From assembly GCA_965279515.1 (NCBI GenBank), contig CBDIID010000003.1, positions 1,408,001 to 1,472,000 of the forward strand: a stretch of DNA of 64,000 bases. Direction: 5' to 3'. Positions 48,394 through 58,082 of the stretch are shown here, in pieces (position 1 is the stretch's first letter; every line of letters starts with the position of its first letter). The DNA comes from Turneriella sp. (GTDB lineage: Bacteria; Spirochaetota; Leptospiria; Turneriellales; Turneriellaceae). Position numbers and translations under genes: made by a program. The notes under the pieces are model-generated. The model did not search any database. It was not told the origin of the DNA and saw only the letters and a program-made list of their open reading frames with translations.

Positions 48394-49068
48394 TTAAAAC
48401 GCATAACCGACGGAAACCTCTGTGTCAATAGTGAGAAAGGTTCCAAAGAACCCCCTGAAGATGTCTTTTTCATCCTGATAACCGCTGATTGAATACTTAT
48501 ATTGGGTCGAATCAATGCCGGCACCTAAGCGAAGCACCAGAGTCAAACCTGAATCAAAAACCCAGCGATACCCGGCATTGATCCCCAAAATCTTATAAGT
48601 CGAAACAAAACCGATACGCGGTTGCGACGGACTCGAGGGTAACATTTTGGACGCATCCGATGTTCCAGTAATAGTTCCGCCGAGACTGCCGTATTTGCCG
48701 AAAATGCCAATGAATGGCGAGTTCATTTTTCGGAAGAAATGGAAGCGATAGTGTAGGGCAAGTGTATAGCCCTGCTCAATATTCCATGCAGCACTTTTTG
48801 AGCCACCTGAGAAAAAATTAAATTTATAATATCCGACATAACCGGCCTCGAACACGGCTCCATGCCGGCCGGCAAAAAGGCGCTCAAAATTAAAAAAATA
48901 CGAATTCAGAATAGCCCCTAAAGGCTGAACACTGATTGCATTTCTGACAGAATCTTTTTCAGGCGCCGCTGGATTTTCTGCTGCATGGAGAACGTTAAGG
49001 CACAATGACAATAATGACGCAGCAAAAACGGCCGAAAGTGTTTTTTTCACAGCCAATCTTTGCCGCAT
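48394..49068 (-). CDS. DUF3575-like small outer-membrane beta-barrel protein
   Basis: Signal peptide, NAISVQPL, GINAGYRWVF, C-terminal VSVGYAF. Confidence 0.65.
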   Translation of the reverse strand: MRQRLAVKKTLSAVFAASLLSLCLNVLHAAENPAAPEKDSVRNAISVQPLGAILNSYFFNFERLFAGRHGAVFEAGYVGYYKFNFFSGGSKSAAWNIEQGYTLALHYRFHFFRKMNSPFIGIFGKYGSLGGTITGTSDASKMLPSSPSQPRIGFVSTYKILGINAGYRWVFDSGLTLVLRLGAGIDSTQYKYSISGYQDEKDIFRGFFGTFLTIDTEVSVGYAF

Positions 49069-49136
49069 TCTTCTATTCCTCTTCCGTTCAGACAGCCCAT
49101 CCAATGCCGGGCCAGAGCCCCATCGACAGTTAATAT

Positions 49137-49168
49137 GACGACAGCAAGGCAAAAGCTTGCAAAAAAGT
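49137..49168 (-). promoter_or_regulatory. Putative ECF promoter upstream of the OMP/lipoprotein operon
   Basis: Minus strand ACTTTTT-TGCAA-gcttttgccttgctgt-CGTC (N16); same architecture as 46899-46930. Confidence 0.6.
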
Positions 49169-49250
49169 ATCACCAAGGCCTGCCTTCGACCGGGATTTCC
49201 CCAAGAGAAAATCCGCTATCCGCTGAAAGCGAATTTAGGGTTCATGCGCC

Positions 49251-50204
49251 ATGGGTGCTGAAAACTGGAAACTTCATAACTTTGCAGGAAACGGAAAACC
49301 GATTGAATTTATTCGCGAAGGCTCAGGGACACCCGTGGTGCTCTGCCACGGCTTTCCCGAACTCTGGTATTCGTGGCGCAACCAGATCGGGCCGATTGCC
49401 GCCGCGGGCTTTCAGGTGATTGTGCCCAACATGCGCGGCTATGGCAACAGCTATACGCCAAAAGAAATTACCGAATACGCCTTTGAAAAAATTGCCGAAG
49501 ACATGGTTGCGCTGCTCGACCACCTCGGCCATAAACAGGCGGTCTTTATCGGCCATGATTTTGGCGGCGCGATCGTCTGGGTGCTGGGGCAACACCATGC
49601 CGATCGCGTGCGTGCGATTGCCAGCCTCAACACACCGTTTACACCCTACACGCGCCTGAACCCGCTCGACATGATCAAACGCCGTCCGGGAAAGTTTGCC
49701 TACCAGCTGTACTTTCAGGAACCGGGCGTGGCAGAACAAGAGCTCGGGCGCGATCTTACAGCGACATTCAACGCCGTTTTTAAAACGAGTAAAGATAAAT
49801 CAGAAAAGAATGCCATGTACCATACCGACAAGGTAGGCCGCGACGTAGGGTTTCTGGGAAAACCCGACGCATCGGCTTCTGATCTTTTGTCACCAGAGGA
49901 AATCCGCATCTATGCAGAAGCCTATCAGGCGCGTGGTTTTGCCGGGCCGCTCAACTGGTACCGCAATATGGAAGCCAACTGGCGGCTGGGTGAAACGACG
50001 CAGGGCAAAATTCTAGCGATGCCCTGCCTCATGATCACAGCGGCGGAAGATCCCGTTTTGCCGCCTAAATTTGCCGACGGTATGGAGAAGTATGTTACCA
50101 ACCTGAAGCGCCACAACCTCGAAGGTTGCGGCCATTGGTCGCAGCAGGAGAAACCAGAAGAAGTCACCCGGGTATTGCTCGAATGGTTAAAATCCCTGCC
50201 TTAA
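49251..50204 (+). CDS. Epoxide hydrolase-like alpha/beta hydrolase
   Basis: HGFPELWYSWR, GHDFGG nucleophile Asp, YQLYFQ and LNWYRN Tyr residues, GHWSQQE. Confidence 0.9.
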   Translation: MGAENWKLHNFAGNGKPIEFIREGSGTPVVLCHGFPELWYSWRNQIGPIAAAGFQVIVPNMRGYGNSYTPKEITEYAFEKIAEDMVALLDHLGHKQAVFIGHDFGGAIVWVLGQHHADRVRAIASLNTPFTPYTRLNPLDMIKRRPGKFAYQLYFQEPGVAEQELGRDLTATFNAVFKTSKDKSEKNAMYHTDKVGRDVGFLGKPDASASDLLSPEEIRIYAEAYQARGFAGPLNWYRNMEANWRLGETTQGKILAMPCLMITAAEDPVLPPKFADGMEKYVTNLKRHNLEGCGHWSQQEKPEEVTRVLLEWLKSLP

Positions 50205-51268
50205 GGACCGGTCGCGCTGTTTTTCTGGTAGTCGACTTTATGTTCTGTCACCGGCAATCCCAGGTATTCCGATAATTTTTTCTTATCCGAAATCACTGCC
50301 TCGTCCAGCTGCTCGAGCTTAATGGAGCCGATATCCTGGCAGAAATTCTGCGGACCTTCTTCGGCGCCGTCGAAGCCGGTTTTATCGGTAACCTGCACTA
50401 CAGAAGAAATACCGATCTGACCACTATTCTCAATCACCAGGAAACGCGCCTTCTCAGCTTTATGCACGTTCACCTTGAAAGCGGCACCTGCCTCGATCCA
50501 GCGCGAAAAAGTTCCCTTATAGCTGATACCGATCGAATAGACGGAGTAATTTTTTGCCTCACTGCCATCGGCCCTCACGACCTTACCCTTCGCACAGGCG
50601 CCTTCGGGTTTCGGCTTATCGAAGTTCCACCAGGTGTTCAGCGCATCGATGGTGTAGCGGCGCGTGCCGATACGAACGCCGTTGCCCTGTGAATCCTGGT
50701 TGTGCCCATGCAACTTCCAGTTCTTTTCGGCGTCGTGGCGGTAGACAAAAAAATCATCCCCCGCGACAATATTAGGGAACTGAATGCGCACCGCCTTGTT
50801 CGGCGCCAGCGCCACAGCGCCACCGGAAAGCTCATGCGCATTGACGCGGAACATACCCGCCGACTGGAACATTTCACGCCCGCCGCGGTCGGGATAAAAA
50901 GTCAGGTCGACATCGGCAGCAACAAAATCCAGCGGATCAATGACTTCGATGAGTTCCAGTTTCACCTTTTGCTTAACCTTACGCTGCTTGAAATCCACAA
51001 AGGCATACCCGGGTACGATGACCTGTGTTCCGCGCGAGGCCGTAAAGGTGCCACCAAGAGCCGCATCAACCTCGAACACGGTTTTCGCCGGTGCAAGAAT
51101 GCCCAGGATTTTCTGATATTTTGCATTTTTCTTTTTTATCTTCCCCGGTTCGTCGAGATAATGGTATTTATCTTTCTCTTCCCAGTTCCCGGCGGCCACG
51201 GGCAGCATGCCCGCCACGAGTATTATGCCGGCACCCCAAAGATAGATCCGGCGGTTCTTTTGCTGCAT
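50201..51268 (-). CDS. Hypothetical exported beta-rich protein
   Basis: Signal peptide, GTQVIVPGYAF, FQSAGMFRV and WWNFDKP motifs. Confidence 0.7.
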   Translation of the reverse strand: MQQKNRRIYLWGAGIILVAGMLPVAAGNWEEKDKYHYLDEPGKIKKKNAKYQKILGILAPAKTVFEVDAALGGTFTASRGTQVIVPGYAFVDFKQRKVKQKVKLELIEVIDPLDFVAADVDLTFYPDRGGREMFQSAGMFRVNAHELSGGAVALAPNKAVRIQFPNIVAGDDFFVYRHDAEKNWKLHGHNQDSQGNGVRIGTRRYTIDALNTWWNFDKPKPEGACAKGKVVRADGSEAKNYSVYSIGISYKGTFSRWIEAGAAFKVNVHKAEKARFLVIENSGQIGISSVVQVTDKTGFDGAEEGPQNFCQDIGSIKLEQLDEAVISDKKKLSEYLGLPVTEHKVDYQKNSATGP

Positions 51269-51379
51269 GTTTGAACACTAAAGCTACCATCGCTGTGTCG
51301 AGAAAAATTAATTCGGGATTTACATCCTGCGACCGGGCCATGCCTTTCACCTATTCCATTCACCCGCGAACACATACTT

Positions 51380-52402
51380 TTGATCGATATCGCGCTGCTG
51401 GCGGCGATGGTGCTGAGACTCGTACCTGCGTTGCAATCGCGAAAAGGTGTCTTCGCGATAGGGTTGCTGGTTACCAGCATAGCCTACCTCGCCGCGTGGC
51501 TTCTGCATCCTTATGAGTTACCGCGGGGCATGCGCCTCGGCCTGCTGCTGTGCGTAACGGCGCAGCCGGTATTTTTCTGGCTCGTTGCGAATGAGTTGTT
51601 TGACGATACTTTTCAGCTCCGCTGGTGGCACGGTGTCGCCATCGCGGGAAAATTTTTTCTCGCGGCAATATTGGTATTCGACCGAAAAATCGTTAACATC
51701 TTTACGCACTTTTCAGCGGAGGATTTTCCCCGTCTCATACCCAATTTTTTTTATACGCTGGCCTTTGTTTTCCATGCAGTCATTGTCGTTCTGCGTACCA
51801 ACCGCAGCGACCTCGTCGAACCGCGGCGCAGGCTGCGGCGCGCTGTTCTCATCGCCACTGCTTTTCTGATCCTGCAGGCACTGCTGGGTGCTGCGGTACT
51901 GCGGCCACTGGGCCTGGGGCTGTACTCCGATTGGTTCGCGCTGAGCGCCATCACCCTCGCGGCGTTTGCCGGTGTGGCATGGGGTGAAAAACTTTCAGGC
52001 GGTTTGTTTGTTTCCACTGAAAAACCGGCCACTGCCACGGACTCAGACCCTGCCATCATGCAGGCGGCGCTGACTGCCATGGAAAGCGAAGAACTCTTTC
52101 GCACCGAAGGCCTTACGGTAACGGCCCTCGCCGCCCGCCTCGGCGTACAGGAATACAAACTGCGCCGTGCCATCAATGCGGGTTTGGGCTACCGCAACTT
52201 CAACGAATACCTGAATTTTTACCGCATGCGCGCGGCAAAAAAATTCCTCGCCGAAAAAGAAAACAGCGATCTCCCGCTGATCCACCTGGCACTCGACCTG
52301 GGGTATCCTTCGCCTGCACCTTTTAACCGGGCATTCAAAGAGGCGACCGGCCTTGCACCGGGCGAGTATAGAAAACGTGCTTTAAGCAACCAGGAAAAAT
52401 AA
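51380..52402 (+). CDS. Membrane-embedded AraC family regulator
   Basis: Multi-TM N-terminus. LFRTEGLTVTALA..YKLRRAINAGLGYRNFN..ALDLGYPSPAPFNRAFK. TTG start. Confidence 0.88.
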   Translation: MIDIALLAAMVLRLVPALQSRKGVFAIGLLVTSIAYLAAWLLHPYELPRGMRLGLLLCVTAQPVFFWLVANELFDDTFQLRWWHGVAIAGKFFLAAILVFDRKIVNIFTHFSAEDFPRLIPNFFYTLAFVFHAVIVVLRTNRSDLVEPRRRLRRAVLIATAFLILQALLGAAVLRPLGLGLYSDWFALSAITLAAFAGVAWGEKLSGGLFVSTEKPATATDSDPAIMQAALTAMESEELFRTEGLTVTALAARLGVQEYKLRRAINAGLGYRNFNEYLNFYRMRAAKKFLAEKENSDLPLIHLALDLGYPSPAPFNRAFKEATGLAPGEYRKRALSNQEK

Positions 52403-52415
52403 CCGGACAGAGCGG

Positions 52416-53006
52416 TTATTTCCGGTATTCTTTCTCAAATAGTTCTTTCTCGACGGCTGCGCAGAGAATATGGCCGATGAGAATATGGCATTCCTGGATG
52501 CGCGGCGTTTCATCTGAAGGCACACCGATCCAGTAATCGACCATATCTTTCATTTTGCCGCCCGAACGACCCGTGAGGCCGATCGTCTTGATACCCAGCT
52601 TTTTTGCGGATTCGAGCGATTTGATGACATTCTTCGAGTTACCGGAAGTCGAAATCGCGATGTAAAAATCGCCTGCCTGGCCGTTGGCCTCAATCTGGCG
52701 TGAGAATAGCAGTTCATAACCATAATCGTTGCCGATCGCCGTCAAGGCTGAGGTGTCGGTTGTAAGAGCGATAGAGGCCAGCGCCGGGCGGTCAAAATAA
52801 AACCGGCTGACGAACTCGGCGGCGATGTGCTGTGCATCCGCCGCGCTGCCGCCATTACCCGCAATCAGCGTTTTCTTACCCGCGCGGTATGCGGCAATCA
52901 GTTCGGCGGCGACTTTGTCCAGAAGTTCGATGTTTTTTTCATCTTTGAGATAGGCTTCTTTTACGGCAATCGACGCCTTCACCTGATCACGGATATAGTC
53001 TTTCAT
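52416..53006 (-). CDS. gmhA: D-sedoheptulose-7-phosphate isomerase
   Basis: GNGGSAADAQH, TAIGNDYG, ISTSGNS, PRIQECH. Confidence 0.96.
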   Translation of the reverse strand: MKDYIRDQVKASIAVKEAYLKDEKNIELLDKVAAELIAAYRAGKKTLIAGNGGSAADAQHIAAEFVSRFYFDRPALASIALTTDTSALTAIGNDYGYELLFSRQIEANGQAGDFYIAISTSGNSKNVIKSLESAKKLGIKTIGLTGRSGGKMKDMVDYWIGVPSDETPRIQECHILIGHILCAAVEKELFEKEYRK

Positions 53007-53028
53007 TGGATTCAATATAATAAAACTT

Positions 53029-53931
53029 TCATGAGCCGAAAAGCTTTTTGAATTCAGGGGGTAGCGGCGCCTCGAGTGTAACATCGGTCCCTGCAGGCGT
53101 GCGGAAGCTTAAACGCTCAGCATGGAGCATCAGGCGTGCTGCCTCTTCGCCGCCATAGGTTTTATCGCCCAGGATCGGCAAGCCCTGCTCTGAAAGATGC
53201 ACCCGCAGCTGATGGGTTCGGCCGGTTATCGGCTGTGCCCGAATCAGGGCCAGTTTTCCCTTTTGCTCCAAAAGCTCAAACCGGCTGTAAGCAAAATCAC
53301 CCTCGCCCTTTGTCGAATGGTAGCGGTTGCGTTTTTTCTCGGCACGCGCCAGCTGGTTTTTCACTTCCCAGTTTTTTTGCGGGGGGGGATTTACCACTGT
53401 GCAAACGGCAAGATATTCTTTCTGAATCAGGCTTTCCTGGAAAAGTTTGGCGGCAAAGGAGTTCATGGCCTCGTCGGTGGTGAAAAGAATACAACCCGAA
53501 GTCGGGGCATCCAGCCGGTGATGGATACCAATATACTGCTCTTTGCCGAGCAGAACATGGAGCGCCGCAATCAGGTTGTCGCGCGCGTTATCGAGCGTCG
53601 GTACCGTCGGCAGGTTCGCCGGTTTATTGACGACGATGAGACCACCTTCTTTGTATAGAATATCTTTCTCCGTTAGGCTGGGAAACTCCAGCTGCACCGA
53701 GCGTATTTTTTCAGGATTATATTCAATGCGCACCTCACTGCCCTTAAAGACGGGTTTTGAAGCGATGCGGCAGCGGCTGCCGTTGAGATAACACGCGCCA
53801 ATCATCACAAGCTTGCGCGCCATCGATTTGGAAATACCGCCAGCAACCTTGTCGGCGAGCAGCGCATGCACAACCTTGTCGAGCCGCTGGTCTTTCAGCG
53901 CGCCCTCGATCTTGAAACTGTAAGAAGCCAC
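53029..53931 (-). CDS. RluA/RluD family RNA pseudouridine synthase with S4-like N-domain
   Basis: HRLDAPTSG, TGRTHQLRVH, PILGDKTYG. Confidence 0.92.
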   Translation of the reverse strand: MASYSFKIEGALKDQRLDKVVHALLADKVAGGISKSMARKLVMIGACYLNGSRCRIASKPVFKGSEVRIEYNPEKIRSVQLEFPSLTEKDILYKEGGLIVVNKPANLPTVPTLDNARDNLIAALHVLLGKEQYIGIHHRLDAPTSGCILFTTDEAMNSFAAKLFQESLIQKEYLAVCTVVNPPPQKNWEVKNQLARAEKKRNRYHSTKGEGDFAYSRFELLEQKGKLALIRAQPITGRTHQLRVHLSEQGLPILGDKTYGGEEAARLMLHAERLSFRTPAGTDVTLEAPLPPEFKKLFGS

Positions 53932-55188
53932 TTAGGCGAGCTTGGCGTCAATGGCCGCCCAATCGATGTTGCCGTCAGCGGTCTGGTGGTATTCCAATAG
54001 CGCCGCGACCAGGCGGCCCGCCGCAACACCCGAACCATTGATGGTATGCACGTATTCGTTTTTGCCCGCCGCATTTTTGTAACGGATCTTCGCCCGGCGT
54101 GCCTGGAAATCCTTGAAGTTCGAGCACGAAGAAATTTCGAGCCAGCGTTTCAGGCCAGGCATGTAGATTTCGAGGTCATAAGTGATGGAAGATGTAAATC
54201 CGACATCGCCTGAACACAGGCTGAGTACACGGTACGTCAGGCCCAGCTTCTGCAGAATATTTTCTGCGTCGCCCGTCAGCGCCTGCCATTCTTTTTCCGA
54301 ATCTTCGGGGCGCACAAACTTCACGAGCTCAACCTTGTAGAACTGGTGCACGCGCACAAGCCCCCGCGTGTCTTTGCCCGCGCTGCCCGCTTCGCGGCGA
54401 AAACAGGGTGTGAAGGCCATGAGTTTGATAGGCAACTCAGCTTCCGTTAAAATCTCGTCAGAATAAATATTCGTGAGCGGTACCTCGGCCGTGGGGATCA
54501 GGGAAAGGCCGTCGTCGCGTATTCGGTAATACTCATCATTAAACTTCGGGAATTGCCCTGTGCCGAACATACACTCGTCTTTGACAATGAGCGGCACGTT
54601 GCGCTCGCTGTAACCCGCAGCGCCGTGCTGATCAAGCATCCAGTTCGAGAGTTTGCGCTCGAGCCGGGCAATGCGGTCATTGTAGATATAGAAGCGTGTG
54701 CCTGAAATCTTCACGCCGCGTTCAAAATCCACCAGGCCGTGCGCTTCGGCGACTTCGAAATGCGGTTTCACATCGAAAGAAAATTCCGGCACTTCGCCCA
54801 CGGTGCGCACAACAATATTCGCCGTTTCGTCTTTTCCTTCGGGAACCTTATCATCGAGTATGTTGGGCAGGCGCGCCAGCAAGGCCTGGAAATTTTCTTC
54901 GACCACCGTCTCTTCTTCTTTCAGCACCTTCAGGCGATCGGCGACGCCTTTCATGGTTTCGCGCAGTGCATCGAACTCGGCCTGTTTACCCTGCGCCTTG
55001 AGTTCGCCGAGCTTTTTAGACTGCGTGTTACGCTCATTGGACAAAGCTTCGGTTTCGCGGATGACGGAGCGGCGTTTCTCCGCGACAACCTTGAGGTTTT
55101 CGGCACCGGTTGTATCGCCGCGCTTCGCGAGGCTACGCAGTACTTGCTGAAACCCCTCGTCGGTGCGGAGAAGCTGAAGGTCGATCAT
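53932..55188 (-). CDS. serS: Seryl-tRNA synthetase
   Basis: LIPTAEVP, FRREAGSAGKDTRGLVRVHQF, EISSCSN, HTINGSG. Confidence 0.98.
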   Translation of the reverse strand: MIDLQLLRTDEGFQQVLRSLAKRGDTTGAENLKVVAEKRRSVIRETEALSNERNTQSKKLGELKAQGKQAEFDALRETMKGVADRLKVLKEEETVVEENFQALLARLPNILDDKVPEGKDETANIVVRTVGEVPEFSFDVKPHFEVAEAHGLVDFERGVKISGTRFYIYNDRIARLERKLSNWMLDQHGAAGYSERNVPLIVKDECMFGTGQFPKFNDEYYRIRDDGLSLIPTAEVPLTNIYSDEILTEAELPIKLMAFTPCFRREAGSAGKDTRGLVRVHQFYKVELVKFVRPEDSEKEWQALTGDAENILQKLGLTYRVLSLCSGDVGFTSSITYDLEIYMPGLKRWLEISSCSNFKDFQARRAKIRYKNAAGKNEYVHTINGSGVAAGRLVAALLEYHQTADGNIDWAAIDAKLA

Positions 55189-55224
55189 GGGAAAAAGTCG
55201 GATTTCCAGACAGGGCGAAAAGTA

Positions 55225-55911
55225 TTAACCCGGGGCTGCGGCCAAAAGCCGTTCAGCGATATTTTGCGCATTACCGGGATCAATCCTATTGCCGAGGAAG
55301 AGACATAAATCGGGAAAAGTTTCTGGCAGGTTTTTCTCAATATCTTCAAACGAAGTCGTCACGACGCCGAATTCGCCGTAAAGGCCTGCGAGAGCAGAAT
55401 AAAACACGCTCAAATCGTTATTGGCGATAGGTAGGATTGCCAGCGTACGGTGGAGCGTATGGTCCGAGGCAAGGCGGGCATACTCGAACGTGGACGCCGT
55501 CTCCGCCCAGAGAAAGAAATCCCCCCGGTGCGCCTTGCGGTCTTTGGCGAGGCAGTCATAACTTAAACAAATGCCCTCGCCGTAAAAAGAAAAATTCTGC
55601 GGGTGGGGCCAAAGAGCGATCTGCGGGTGGGGCGACCCGACGGGATGGAGCAGACAACCCGTTTTTTCACCGCGCACATAACCGATAAACGGGCAGACAT
55701 AGATTTCGTCGCGCACGCGGTTCGGCAGCGTCGCGGCCTCACGCTCTTTGCGAAAATTCACAATATTCGCGGCCTGTGCAATATCGAGGGCAAGAAACTG
55801 ATCGGTGTTCTGCTGAATCCACGCGCGACGCCCGGCATCGTCGCCCTTGAGATTAAAAAGCCCGCAGCAGGCACTGCAAGACCTGGTTTCACCCATGCAG
55901 GGGTTTTGCAT
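55225..55911 (-). CDS. Cys-rich hypothetical protein (possible Zn or Fe-S binding)
   Basis: CSACCG...CPFIG...GCLLHP...CLSYDC. Confidence 0.65.
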   Translation of the reverse strand: MQNPCMGETRSCSACCGLFNLKGDDAGRRAWIQQNTDQFLALDIAQAANIVNFRKEREAATLPNRVRDEIYVCPFIGYVRGEKTGCLLHPVGSPHPQIALWPHPQNFSFYGEGICLSYDCLAKDRKAHRGDFFLWAETASTFEYARLASDHTLHRTLAILPIANNDLSVFYSALAGLYGEFGVVTTSFEDIEKNLPETFPDLCLFLGNRIDPGNAQNIAERLLAAAPG

Positions 55912-55913
55912 AG

Positions 55914-57971
55914 CTACCCTGAACGATCGCGGTAAAGGCGTGCGACCTTGTCTGCGGGATTTTTTTCGAGGACTTTTTCGAAGGCAGCCGATGCTGCTCT
56001 AAAATCTTTTGCGTAAAAAAAACTGACGCCGTCGTTAAAATCACCCAGCGTCGCCGCGTGCAGATCCAAAACATAATCGCTTTGTCCGTCGAGCACTTCA
56101 TAGATCTCAATCTTTTCTGACTTACCCCGGATAGGCATACGCCCCAGGTAACGCTGGTGAAAACGGCCGGTATCGCCGATCTGTGCAAAGAGCGAACCGC
56201 TAACGAGGACCGAGGCGCCGAGCTTTTTGGTGAGGTGCTCGATGCGCGAAGTGACATTGACGGTATCGGAGATCACAGTACTGTCCATGCGCTCGGCTTC
56301 TCCGATGGTACCGAGGTAAAGCTTACCTGCATGCAAGCCGACCCCGATCTTTACCGGCTCAAAATTTTTCTTGAGCCGGTGGTGATTGAAGTCGCGCAGT
56401 TCCCGCTGCATATCAATGGCCGTGAGTAGTGCCGCATCGGGCTTATCGGGAAAAAGCGCCATGACGGCGTCGCCGATATACTTGTCGATAAAGCCGCCGT
56501 TCTTGCGCACACTCGGCCCGACCCGCCGCAGGTAGGAATTCAGAAAGCCAAAATTTTCTCGCGGCGACATGGTCTCTGACAGAGCCGTGAATGAGCGGAT
56601 ATCGGAAAAAAGCACGGCCATCTGCCGCTCAACGGCGTCACCCAGCACGACATCCTCGATGTTGTCTTTGCCGAGATAGGTCAGAAACTGCTGCGGCACG
56701 AAACGCGCAAAAGCTTCGGCCATGCGGCGCTCCTTACCCAGGGCACGTTCCTGCTCATCGACAAGGTTTTTGAGCGCACGCTCGCGTTCGTCCTTGAGTT
56801 GGCGCAGCCGGTCGCCGAGCGCGAGGGAGAGCAGAATCATTTCAGCAGCTGAACCGATCTGCATGCTGTACCGCGCCACGAAACCGTCGGGTACCCAGCC
56901 AAAATTACGCAGCGTAAAGAGGGCCCCGCCAACCAAAAGCAATGTCCAGGAGAGCAGATAATAGCGTGCGGGCTTGTAGCCCTTGAGCAATGAATAGACG
57001 CCGCTCACAATCATGAGCGGAAGCCCGATCAGCGCCATCACATTCGAGATAAAAATTGCTGCCATGTACTTCGTAAAAAGATGAGAAAACGCCGCGACCA
57101 ACGCCGCGCAGAAAACGGTAATGAAGACAATCCGCAAGACCTTGTGTGCTTCGCCGATACGCAAGAAGTAATAAGAAAACACAATTCCCGTTGCAATCGA
57201 TAGTTCGGTAAAAAATGGCGGGGCGGTGTTGGTCAGCCAGACCATCGACCCCGTCAGGTACTGCGGCAAATAACCGTTCAGGGACAGGTTCATGAAACCG
57301 ACGGCAATAAGGAAAATGACGTACAGAACATAGTTCGTATCGCGGGCGCTGATATAGAGAAAAAGGTTATACAAAATCATCACGATGATAATACCGTAAT
57401 AGATGCCGAAGGCGAACTGCTCATTGATCGTCTGCTGAGTCTGTTCGGCCTCACTGATAACGGAGATCGGCACATTGAAAGCGCTCTCTGATTGTACGCG
57501 GATAAAGATATCATTACCTTCGCCGTGCGCGACATGTACGGGAAAAATGAAATGGCGGTGACTGAGATAGCGAGACGAAAACGGAAACAGATCCCCGCCG
57601 ATTTTTGCATCGAGGTCGCCTGTCAGGGGGTCTTTATGATAGACTTCAATATTATCGAGGTGTGGGTAAGCGATTTTTACCAGCCAGCGCGTGCCATCAG
57701 GAGCCTGATCGCTGAGGCGAACGCGGAACCACCACGCCGATGAGGTAAAACCGAAATTCAGGGATTTTTTTCCGTTCTGCTTCCAGCGCTCTGCGGGCAA
57801 TAAGACGATTTCAGGATAGGTCAGCTTCGCCGTCTTATCTTCCAGGGAACTCACAAATTCCTCAAGCGGATACTGCTTAAGGGAATCACTGAGCGCGAGC
57901 GCACCGAGCTGAGCGGGCAGAACAATCAGCATAAACAATACAAAGCAGGATCGGATTCGGTTGTACATCAT
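55914..57971 (-). CDS. 7TM-DISM sensor adenylate cyclase (class III)
   Basis: DISMED2-like LNFGFTSSAWWFR/YPHLDNI, 7 TM helices, LFSDIRSFT, DKYIGDAVM (Lys, ATP-type), DTVNVTSRIE. Confidence 0.9.
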   Translation of the reverse strand: MMYNRIRSCFVLFMLIVLPAQLGALALSDSLKQYPLEEFVSSLEDKTAKLTYPEIVLLPAERWKQNGKKSLNFGFTSSAWWFRVRLSDQAPDGTRWLVKIAYPHLDNIEVYHKDPLTGDLDAKIGGDLFPFSSRYLSHRHFIFPVHVAHGEGNDIFIRVQSESAFNVPISVISEAEQTQQTINEQFAFGIYYGIIIVMILYNLFLYISARDTNYVLYVIFLIAVGFMNLSLNGYLPQYLTGSMVWLTNTAPPFFTELSIATGIVFSYYFLRIGEAHKVLRIVFITVFCAALVAAFSHLFTKYMAAIFISNVMALIGLPLMIVSGVYSLLKGYKPARYYLLSWTLLLVGGALFTLRNFGWVPDGFVARYSMQIGSAAEMILLSLALGDRLRQLKDERERALKNLVDEQERALGKERRMAEAFARFVPQQFLTYLGKDNIEDVVLGDAVERQMAVLFSDIRSFTALSETMSPRENFGFLNSYLRRVGPSVRKNGGFIDKYIGDAVMALFPDKPDAALLTAIDMQRELRDFNHHRLKKNFEPVKIGVGLHAGKLYLGTIGEAERMDSTVISDTVNVTSRIEHLTKKLGASVLVSGSLFAQIGDTGRFHQRYLGRMPIRGKSEKIEIYEVLDGQSDYVLDLHAATLGDFNDGVSFFYAKDFRAASAAFEKVLEKNPADKVARLYRDRSG

Positions 57972-58082
57972 GCCTCTATGCCCCTCTGAAACCTTGGTCG
58001 ACAACGGCAATCGAATACTACAAAAAACACTGCGCGCATACCATTTCTCTTGACGGAGCATCACAGGGACATAACGTCTGGG

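Noticed and set aside
53372..53388. T7 and G8 homopolymers in the RluA gene as a phase-variation tract
   Set aside because: The gene is intact and housekeeping, the tract encodes NPPPQKN, and there is no evidence of length variation.
55520..55550. CGCCTTGCGGTCTTTGGCG resembling the 7815 repeat units
   Set aside because: Short, with no partner arm, and adequately explained by coding sequence.
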